The notes below the pieces were generated by a model. The model made no database searches. It was not told the origin of the DNA and saw only the letters and a list, made by a program, of their open reading frames with translations. A program made the translations under genes and the position numbers. This document shows positions 40,420 through 51,342 of a stretch of DNA of 64,000 nucleotides, piece after piece. This DNA is from Bispira polyomma (taxonomy: Eukaryota): positions 33,914,001-33,978,000 of the forward strand of contig OZ287754.1 of the NCBI GenBank assembly GCA_965649765.1, given 5' to 3'. Every line of letters starts with the position of its first letter. Position 1 is the first letter of the stretch.

Positions 40420-40881
40420 ATTTAGTTTGGTTTGAGGTTGCTTTCAACAGCTTAGGCCATATGACAATGGCCAGATTTAATGGAGAAAGAACTCAGTGCT
40501 AAAGCACTTTAAAACAGGATTCGAACCCACATCGATGAGAGACACATATGGACATCACCAGTGGTATATATAGATGAAAGAATATGATGATAATTTAAAA
40601 AATAACTATTTGTTTAGACTATGCAATCTCTTAAGATTAAGTTAAAAGCTTAGATATTTAAATTTAGTTTTCACATCAATTTCAACACCTTAGGTCTTAT
40701 TGTGATGACCAGACTCAATTATGCAAGAAACCAGTGCTAAAGCATAGTAAATCTCCGACCTGTGGCAAGTACCTGATAAAATTTTCCCACATGAAGAAAC
40801 GAGGAGGATTCAAGCCCACATTGGTGAGAGGCCAGTGATTGTGAAGCAATCACTTCTAACCACTAGGTTAATGCAGCCCCC
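40420..40881 (-). mobile_element. tRNA-derived SINEs (partial ~40420-40540; near-complete ~40662-40881)
   Basis: Minus strand: ggggctgcattaacctagtggttagaag (box A-like), gcctctcaccaatgtgggcttgaatcc and gggttcgaatcc (box B); 3' end gacctaag.tgttgaaa. Confidence 0.65.
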
Positions 40882-43800
40882 AGCATGAATATATGTAATA
40901 GGTTGACAGGCCTTGTAATTTGATTATTACAGATATGTATTATCATTTAAAGAAACGTCCAACAGAATAAAATTCTTAGTTTTAATTTAAGTCATTGAGA
41001 CTATTTTGTTATTGACACTTTTTGACTGAGATCTTCCAAACAGGATGTTTTTTTAACCTTTAAACCTTGCACACTAAACTATCAGTCGCATTAAAGGTGT
41101 AGTATTGCATGGGATGACAAGCCATTTTACTAGTTTTAACATAAAATAGATCATATCCTATTAAATAATCCCTATCTACAAAAAAGAAGAGATAAATCTA
41201 ACAGCTGCAAACCCCCAGTTTATTTACACAATTTAACCACTTCCCCAACAGAAACTGTGTGAGTGGAGAGTGTGTGTGCTATGTCATCGGGTGTGCCCAG
41301 AAAGTCTGTTTGGGTTTGTTTACACTTTTAAACTGTGTATGATAAGTTAATGTACTCCTTTTTGGGGGGAATAAAAAGCTTCTATTCTACAGTCATAATA
41401 CATTAAACCTTCATATATATTTAATATTACAGAGGTGTAAACACATCTGTTGAAATTCATTTGCCAAACGTACACTAATTTGATTCTGATGATAATATTA
41501 AGATAACAAGTAGTAAGAGTGATCATGATAAAAATAGTACAGGTCAAAATGATGGTAGATTGAACTTTGAATATCATACTGTCCCTTCTGTTTCAAATGA
41601 AGGTGTTTCACATGATATCACAAGACAACAGAATACAGAGTGGTGAATTTAACCAAATAATATGTACAGCTTTGTCCCCAAAAAATTACTCGATCAATTT
41701 TAGCAAAATTTTTAACTGTGTAACTATTTTATTACCACTAAAATCAGTATACAAACTTTCTAGTATTATTACCTCAGTTATAAACATATAAATTCAGTGC
41801 ACAGCCAACACACACAGATTCCTTATTCACAAAAGGTCTTAGTCTTAAAATAGTCTTAAGCTTAAGATTTGGTCTTTAATTTTGGCCTTAAATATTAAGA
41901 TTTTTGTCTTTTGGTCCCCCCCCCCCCTCCCCCCCCCCCGACAGCAAATGAAGTTATTTGCTTAGTGTTGATTCTGCATTTAACACTACAGGTATAAACA
42001 TACACAGCCGTATACAGATCTACTGGGTCAAATATGTACAAAAATAAATCATTTCCTGAGATATTCCTCCTCAAAACAAGTGGTCACACCACTTTTAGGG
42101 TTTTGAACCCAGTTTTGTAAAGAATGATCCCTGAGACTGAATGGCTCATAACCTATCTATTGCAGGGGAATCTTAAGGTTATATACTATGGGGGCCCACA
42201 GTAGGAATTTATAATGTCAGTGTAAGGCCTTGGGTTCGAATCTGTTTCAGTAAGGAGTTTCTTTCATAAATGTGATCATCAAAAATATTACATGTATAGG
42301 TGCTGGGTTTGAACCTTATGGAATGTGTTTTGTGTCCTACATTTTGTGTCAATCTGGAGTTTAAAACTAACTTTTTTTCCTGGATATTTATACTTTTTAA
42401 TGTAAGGTGTCTTTTAATGGTTTTACAAAAGAAGAATATTCCTAGGTTGAAAAAATATAGGCGAGTATCGGCCATAATATTTATCAAGAGACCTAGTTCA
42501 AGGTCACAGTAAATAAAAAAAAATTTCAGATTTTAAAATTTGCGAGTTTGTCCTCCATCCAGTGTCCATCCAGTGTCCATCCAGAGCCAAATTTTGTCCA
42601 AATTTTGTCCCAACAAATTTTCAAATTTCATATTTTTTTTCTAGATATTCGAACTTTATCTAGTCTATTGTGTGATTTAATGCTTGGTAAAGTTTAGGAA
42701 AGCTACCATAGTCCTAACTTGAAGAAAACTATGTGAGTCTGTCCTCTATCTGAGTGTTACGGACTGACGGACAGATAAACCAAAAGCATGATGCTTTGTT
42801 ATAAAAATGCTCTATAAAGAAAAAAAATAGTTACATTTATAGGTTGTCATCTATACTATATATATAAATAAATAAACTTTATATGCTCTGTTTTAATAAG
42901 AACATTTTTTGTCACTATTAAAATTTCAATCTTGCAAGATTAAATTTGTCTTGATTTTTACCTGTACCATATACATAGAACAAAGTTTAAAAGTATGGAA
43001 CAAAGTCCTTTAGGGGGTAAGATCAGAACTAAAATTGTAAACTGGAAAAATAGTACTGTAGGGAAACATTTAGAAAAACTTTAGTGTGATATCCACTTAG
43101 CTGGGTATATTGTTAGCCATAAGGTCCTACTACGAATAAAAGTTCAATTTTAATTAAGGAGATCTTTGTGGGACTATAAAGTAAAATACATGTAGCTCTA
43201 CATTAATATTTGTTTAATAGTTATTTGAAAAGTTGGGTTATAAAAATAAAAAGGTTTATATTTTTATTTTTATATTTCAGCATTTTCATGTATTTAGTAT
43301 ACATTACTGGTTAATAAGTTTGAATACACTATGTGTCATTACCAAGACATTTAGCATCTAAATTTCTAGTACATTTTAAGGTGTGATACATTTCAACAGA
43401 GCTTATTAATAAACTATTTGAAAAATATCATTGCAGCCTATTGTATAGTTACACTGTAGGAGTGAGAGTAATAACTTTCAGCTAGCTATATGTGCATTAG
43501 CAGATTCATGCATTTTTATTTAAAACATTCCTTAAAAGTTTCCTAAATACCAAAATTTATAAAGACACTTATGGCTACTCACCAGTGGATATTTAAGCAC
43601 AACTTTTTTTTAGTAACAATAACATTGAAAGAAAGATTAACAAATTCTCAACATGGCAAAAAAAAAACACATACATGTATATGTATTTTCTTATGGAGTT
43701 AAACACACACAGAGTCCTCCACACAAACAACCCATACCACTAATGATGTGAAAAACAAGAGCAACAATGGCAGATACTTGTTGTAAAGAGAAGGTCAGAT

Positions 43801-43946
43801 TTCCCAGAAAAAGGGGAATATTTGTCTAACCATAGAAGTGGGATTTGTTTACTGATGTGTACTGAGATTTAATTGTGTTTCTCTGGGATATACCTGGAGA
43901 TGTACACATTAAGCAACTACTTTATCTGTGATGAATTTTTTTTCAG

Positions 43947-44014
43947 ACTCACAGCTGCTGCGGAAAAAGGCTGGTATCATAAAGTTAAAGAAATGTTCCC
44001 AGAGGAAGCCAAAT
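43947..44014 (+). CDS. DEG/ENaC channel exon following CNQNRIR
   Basis: ttttttttcag|A; (R)LTAAAEKGWYHKVKEMFPEEAK; phase 2 in (matches the 21597 donor), phase 1 out (T|GTAATT). Confidence 0.72.
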
Positions 44015-44382
44015 GTAATTACACGTATAGTATATATGTGTTATTTAGGCTAAATTGGAACGTTGTTATTTTTAACCTGCACCTTTGCTTTTTATTTGTT
44101 TGGTAAAAACATGTGGCGTTGGCGATAACAAGATAAATTTTGAGTTCATTACACTATTAGAGACATTAGTTGATATTTAGCCTTAAGTCAAACTATCAAA
44201 TAAATATGCATCTAAAATGCAGGAGATTTAAAATTAAATAGCATTAGTTTAGGTTTATAAAAATTACTTATTAACTGCTAAGACATTTTTGGGGCGAAAA
44301 GTTAATTTCTCACAGTAATAAGAAATTATAGTTGCTGCATGTTAGTATGATAGGTTAAGTATTGACCTTTTCATGGTTTTAG

Positions 44383-44502
44383 CTTTGAGGAGCTGTCACT
44401 CAGATGAGTTCCGCTGTCTGAAGTTGAAGGAGTGTGTACCACTCAGCAGAAGATGTGATGGCTTCCCTGACTGCAAGGATGAAAGCGATGAAACTTCATG
44501 CG
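44383..44502 (+). CDS. LDL-receptor class A (LDLa) module exon, phase 1-1
   Basis: ttttag|CT; [40 protein letters not shown] (six Cys, CDGxxDCxDxSDE); donor G|GTGAGT; 120 nt. Confidence 0.92.
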
Positions 44503-45203
44503 GTGAGTCCTCACACAGATACACACTAATAATTTACAAAAAGGAGACATTCTGGCACTGCATATAGTTGCATTCTAATATGTATTATGCCAAGCTACCT
44601 ATGTTCATGCTAAGTTGTGTACTGGTAATAAAATTAACGAACTTTAATGCTTGACTTAGACTCCAATATGTCTATCTAAACCATGCTACATTGTTTTGTA
44701 TAGCACAGACGTGTCGTATTTTGCGGGGTATCCACAAAGGGGATAGTTAGTTCAGTGCTACTAGTATTTTGTTAAACTTCCACCTGGAGTCATAAACTGA
44801 GAGCCCCTTCTGCCATTGGCGAACTTTGCACTCAGTGACCTCAGGTTTCCTTCTCTTTCTATAGAACCAGCACTTTCAATACTGAAGTCAAAGAGGCAAC
44901 ACCGCCATCTTAGAAAATATAATTTAATTCTTTTTCTGTCTTTTATTTTTACTTATTTTACTTTACTGTTTATTGAATGCTACCAATGAACTTCTTAAAC
45001 GGTGCATCATACTGTGTTACGTACTAAGGAAGGATCTCACTGGAATTCTGATGCTGTGTTCCTGTGTTTTACTCAATCTTTGAGTCTTGCTTATATATGC
45101 TCGTTTGAGTGGTGGTAAAGGGAAGTGCCAAACTGATTTCATTTCGCTTACGTTTTGATAATGAATCAGCTATTTCAATTCCTCACTACCTTTACTAATA
45201 TAT

Positions 45204-48200
45204 TTGCAAGTATCAAAGGACCGAGCACTTTATTATTCAGAGGTTATGTCCCCCAGAAAACAATACGTTTGTAATAAATGCGGAACAAGTCATGTGAAAC
45301 TAATTGATGATGAATGTACCCATAGTGGTAATGAGGACACTGATAGTGATATGCAGAACTCTGTGGCAAGTGATGGTGTAACTGCTGCCGACGTAAATTT
45401 GCAAATTTTAGCTGAACTGCGTGCGTTAAGTGGTCGGATGACCCAGGTCGAGCAGCAAGTTAATCACAGTCCACATGGAGCTCAGGCCTCAATGGCGTCG
45501 AGTCTGGGGAGTGCAACCCCACTGGTGCAACAGGCGCAGACCCCAACCCAAGAACTACTGATGCCCTCCTTCCAGACACTGCGTTCGTCCGACACCCTCC
45601 AGACAGCAGTTGACTCCCGACCTAAAGAGCTAATGGCCATCAATGAGTTAGGTATGTGTAAATCTCAAAGAGGTGGTACAGACACGGTATGGGTGAAGAA
45701 TAAGGTGCCCGGCCGCAGAATGTTATTTTTGGGGGGAAAGAACAGATCGAGGGTATCCTATAATTCACTTTCCATGGCCCAGTGGGTCTCTGGCTTCGCC
45801 TGCATTGCTAGGGACGAGAACAATGTAGAAATTAAAAATCAAATGTTTGACTATCTTACCGACCTCATGGAGGATGCTCATGATTTTTCTTGGGCCTCAG
45901 CCAAAGGCAGTCATGCCGTGGTGCTTTGTAAAATGAAGGAGGGTAAGGTAACCTGGGGATATTCCCACAAGTTGGACAGAATCAGGCGGGCACATGCCCA
46001 AAGGGTTGTAACCCAAACCTCTAGTAATAATTTTCAAAATAATCCCAAGAAAGGTCAGGAAAAATCCATCCATGTAGGTAGTTTCAGAAAGGTATGTGCC
46101 CTCAAAAAGGGGACCACGAAACCAAAGGTATTGCCTACAGCCATGTATGTAGTCACTGTGCTCAAAATGGCCGTCATTACCCACACCCTGCTAAAGACTG
46201 CAGAAAGACTCCGTTAAAAAACGAATAGGGCACTGCAGAAATACAGTGCCAAACCATGTATCTGCCAGAACTAAATCAGTTATCAAAGATTCTGTTGGTA
46301 ATTCTGTAAATGTATCAAAGGTGTTTTATACTAGAACTGTTTACAATAGTAGTAATTGTGATCAAGGTAGCACATATTGGAGGGCTGACTGGGCGAGATT
46401 TGATAAAAAGTACTATGCAGAAATTGTTAAAAGAAATGTCACCTCCAGATCTGCCGACAAAAGGTCTTGTGTAAATAGTATTAATGTTCAACAATTGTGT
46501 GTAAATACCCATGCCAAATGTACTCCATGTGTAGATAAAAACCAGTTTTCAGGTACCACAACAAAGGCAAACCTTGGGAGCAGAAACGAAAGTACAATTG
46601 TTACAAATAATACCCCAAATTCTAGCAACCTCACAGCCAACAAAGGTTATAGCTATGTCAAAGGTTATTCTTCCAAAAGGGCCAAGCCCATCCCTAAAGT
46701 GCGACATTTGTCTTCACACCTTTATTAAAACCATTTATGAGGTGAGACATACAAAATATCATGATCGCAAAGGTATTAACAAGGAAAAATTTCCTCCAGA
46801 GGTGTGACTTTCAATTTTACACCCTCAGACAATGGGTAATAAGTCTAAGCAAGAGGTGCCAAAATCATTTCCTCACCTTCCACATCAATGGGTCCTACAC
46901 ACTCACAATAGGTTTGCTCTATTAGATCAAAATGATACTGAACAAAGGGTCTTGACTGGGGTCAGTGTAAGTACAAATACCCAAGACACAGACAACCTGG
47001 GTTCGGGTCCAAAACTACAATACCTAGTACAAGGGGTAGTAAGGATGACAAATATGATTAAGAATTACAAGCAAAACCAAAGATTAGGGAAGTTATCTAA
47101 CAAGCTTATCTTGAACCCCAGTTTCAGCACTGGGACAGTCAAACTACAGATAAATATGGTTTCATTCCCTTGAACCTATGGTTCCTGAAACAGTCAGGCG
47201 TATAAAGTCAAACAAGTTGCTACTGCAATTACATTCGGTTTTCAAAAATTAAAATTGCCCTATTTATTTGGGTGCTCAAATTGAAATTAAATCTGAATTG
47301 AAACCGGATGTGTGGCAGAAATATTTAGTTGACTATGGGGACTAGTAGCTCCCCTTTTTGATAAGATACAGATTTCCTCTGGACATTAATCCAGGTAGTA
47401 AGCTCTCCCACACTTTAAATAATCACTCATCTGCTACACAGTATCCAGATGATGTAAAAGCTTATCTGAGAGAAGAGACTGAGCTAGGTGCCATGTTAGG
47501 TCCATTTGACAAAATACATATAAAAAACCTTCACATCTCTCCGTTTATGACCAGGGAGAAGCCAGGTGGGGTGCATAATTGATCTGAGCTTCCCACATGG
47601 TAATTCGGTAAATTCAGCTATATCTAAAGACAAGTATCTGAAAACTTAATTTGCTTTGACATTGCCAACTATAGATACAATTACCAGTAAAAAATGTCGC
47701 GTGGAACCCATTTATATAAAATTGATGTCATTCGGGTGTTCCGTCACGTAAAGATGGACCTAGCTGACTACAACCTTTTAGGCCTAAAACTAGATCAGTA
47801 CTATGTAGATTCGTGCTTGCCGTTTGGTTTTTAACATGGAAGCGCCATTTTTCAGTGTTTAAGCGACGCCGTCAGGTATATTATGAAATGTCACAAACTA
47901 TATAGACGACGTGATTGGATACAGTGACGTCACAGACAGTAAACACTCTTTTGACATGCTACATGAATTGTTGCAAGAATTAGGTTTCATCCTCAGCCAG
48001 AAAAAGCTCGTTCCCCCCCAGTATCACAGTCATGTGTCTTTCGCTATTAGTTAATACTGTTGACCTCACTGTCTCTCTTCTTGACAAAAAGCTCGTTGAA
48101 ATTAATGCTCTTGTCCAGAAATGGCATACCAGAAGTAGTTATAACAAAAGGGAACTCCAATCACTACTAGGCAAATTGCTCTATGTCTCTAAATGTGTGC

Positions 48201-51200
48201 ATGTCTCCCGGGCATTTCTAAACCGGATGCTCGACGTCCTCAGATCTGTAGGCGCCAACCAAAAAGTGAATCTTACGCCTGAATTTCACCGGGACATAAA
48301 CTGGTTCAAAAAATTTCTACCCAAATTTAATGGTAAAGCCTTTTTTTGAACATAAACCTGCTACAGACTGTATTCAATTCGATGCCTGCCTTCAGGGCAT
48401 GGGGGACGTTGTAATAACGAAGTATATCAACTTCAAACCATCTGGGATACCTAGACCTTACAATAGTCCACCTTGAAATGCTCAACATCTTGGTGGCTAT
48501 CAGGCTATGGAAATCAGTGTGCAGGTAAAAGATTGTTCTTACAATGTGACAACGCCGCAGTGGTGACAATACTCAATTCAGGCAAAACTAAAGATTTTAC
48601 TCTGGCAGCAATTGCCAGGAACATTTTTATGGAGGTAGCCTCCCAGGATATTAGTCTCAAGACCATTCACATACTCGTTAAACTTAATACAGTGTCTGAC
48701 CTTCTTTCTAGATGGCATCTCACAGCTAACAATAAGGATAAGTTACGAGACCTTCTTCCAAATCCTAAGTGGTTAGAAGTCAATAATAGAATGTTAGGCA
48801 TAGACTGGTCTATTTCAATTCCAGACGTACTCTCACAGTTAAGAAAGATTGCATCACAAGCCTCACAAAGATCTCACCAGACCTTCAGAACAGCCACTGA
48901 CAGGGCCCACACAAATATGTTTCGGATTTTCTTGGCTTACTGTAGTTTTGCTCAGGTCAGGCCTCAGAACATTTCACCTCTCATTATCTTGGCCTTCTTA
49001 GAAGTGCTTGTAGTTAACCATTTAGCTTTCTGCAATTAAAGCTAAAATGGCCCTATATGGCCTCAATGTAGATTTGGGGACCCACGTATAAAGTATTACC
49101 AAAAAGCCCTGGTTTTTAATAGCCCCTTCAGGGCTAAAATTAAAGCTATCATTGACATATCCCTCCTTCATCAAATTATACAGACATGTGATAGCATGTA
49201 CATGCGGCATGTGTTCAAAGCCCTTTATTTAATTGCATTCTTTTCTTTTCTCAGAATTTCTAACCCAGTTCCACATGCTGTATCTCAATTCTCACCTCCA
49301 GTTCAGTTGGCTGGGGGGGGGGGGGGGTCGTGCTATTTGCCCCCTCCCCCCCCCGGCCTCCATTTAATCATAAAATGGACCAAAACCCTCTAATCTTCAA
49401 ATGTAGCCAAAGTCTTAAAGATACCAGCCTTAAATGGCTCCCCTCTCTGTCCAGTTACCTCCACAAGGGCCTTGTTAGCCATTACTCCTGGGCATAAAAA
49501 TTCACCTCTTTTTCAGTGTAAGAAAGATGACAAATGGCTTCCCCTAACTGATACTAAGGTTATGGCAAATTTGACACAAATCCTCAGGCGCCTGGGCCTG
49601 CAGCACTCTGACATTTCTTTCCACACCTTTCGACGTTCAGGGGCCACACTGGCTTTTAACAATAACGTTCCCATTCAAGACATTCAAAGACATGGCATCT
49701 AGACATCGGACTATGTGTGGAAAGGTGGCACTTACCTTCAAGGCCCTCCTTTCCTCTACTACCTCCTAATTGGGCTTTGGGGATTTTATTTACATATTCA
49801 TATACAATAAATATATTTAAATGTTAAAGCTAAATCTTTTGGGCCACCTTAGCACCTTATTCAATCAAAACTCTCATACATATATCTTTACAATCTATTT
49901 GGCAACCTTAAACAAATCAAAGGTTACCTCAAATTTTATACTTTAACTCAATTTTAGTTAACCCTAAATGATTTCAAGTAAGGACTACCCTCAAAATTTT
50001 AAAACTTTAACTAACTTTTAGTTCACCCTAACTTCCAGGTTTTAATTCTTTACCTCAGACTTTCCCTACTACTCCCTTTACAGTTTTCAGCTATTCGTCC
50101 GTCTGTGGAGTGTTGCCTGCAGTCCCTGGAGCTCCTGATGCCTCTCTTTACACCTTGGCGCAGAGGGGGGTGGGGGGTGGGGGGTGGGGGGGGGGGCTGG
50201 GGGCTGTGGGCCCACGAGTTATGCATTACTGTTGGCTTTCACAGTACTCGATCCTTGCGGGTCTTCAGGGGCTTCGGGCGACGTATCTCCCCCCCCCCCT
50301 TTTCTAGGTAACACCAGGGTTCCTATGGGTCCACACTTACTGTAGGTAGCTGATTGCTGTTTAGACTGTTTCCCTATGGTTGTCATAAATTGTGTTTCAT
50401 AATGTTGTTTTCAGGGTTTACCCTATTATACTTTAAACTAATGTTGTTTACTTAATACAAAAGTAACCTTATGCTAAGGCATCTCCTTGTTAGACGGGAT
50501 GCGCAACGTGCATGTTATGGTAAATATATTAAGGTAGTGGAAGTATAAATGTTATGTAACTGTGTATCAATTTGCCTTATATGTCCTCGCGTAACTTTAG
50601 TTGACGTGTATTATTTTACAGTGATTATTGTTCTTTTGCTCATATAGTTCATGCAGGTGCATGTTGTGTAACGATGTGATCATGTGTTAAACTGTAAGCA
50701 TGTAGTTTCAGGCATACTGCATCCATGCGCAGCTATGGCTCCTCCAAGAATGAACTCTCACATGTCATGGTCTCCTCCTGGATGACAAGATCAACTCGAT
50801 TTCAATTTACATTATTGTCGATATGCATGTTTTCACAGACCATGGTATTGTATATGCTAGGGGTGTAAGGCTCAGTGAGGTTCTAGTTGCTCTCTTGGAC
50901 TGTAATTCGAGTAACTCCGGTTTTTAGGGTTTTAGCTAGAACCTAGGTTTTAACTTCGATTTTACCCTTTTTGGGGGATTTTATTTACATATTCATATAC
51001 AATAAATATATTTCCATGTTAAAGATAAATCTTTTGGACCACCTTAGCACCTTATTCAATTAAACTCTTATACATATATCTTTACAATCTATTTGGCAAC
51101 CTTAAACAAATCTAAGGTTACCTCAAACTTTATACTTTAACTCAATTTTAGGTAACCCTAACTGCTTTCAAGTAAGGGCTACCCTCTAAATTTCAAAACT

Positions 51201-51235
51201 TTAACTAACTTTTAGTTCACCCTAACTTCTAGGTT
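45204..51235 (+). mobile_element. Ngaro-type YR retrotransposon copy 3, most complete coding region: ORF1, RT, RNase H, YR, B1-A2-B2 end
   Basis: ORF1 from ATG 45246 (CNKCGTSH; QWVSGF; C-terminal C-C-H/C-C-H-C after a frameshift). RT ~47200-48350 (SPFMTREKP, CLPFG, NYIDD, LQSLLGKL), RNase H 48350-48815, YR 48825-49760 (FFSFLRISN, KWTKT, CPV, FHTFRRSGAT). Direct repeat 49777-50041 / 50974-51235. Confidence 0.92.
46216..46250 (+). promoter_or_regulatory. Putative -1 ribosomal frameshift signal, ORF1 to ORF2
   Basis: A_AAA_AAC in phase with the ORF1 C-terminal frame, 6-nt spacer, stem GGCACTG/CAGTGCC; the -1 frame runs into ORF 46246-46728. Confidence 0.65.
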
Positions 51236-51342
51236 AGGGCAACCTTAACTTAAATTATTACGGTCATCTTAACTTGAAATCCTCAAGTTAGGGTCAACTT
51301 TCAAAATTTCAAAGCTTAAACTCATAGTGCTAAGGTGGCCCC
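51036..51342. repeat. AT-rich module with inverted ends GG(A/G)CCACCTTAGCAC / GTGCTAAGGTGGCCCC
   Basis: Ends read directly; the left ~200 bp is duplicated at 49841-50041. Confidence 0.8.
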
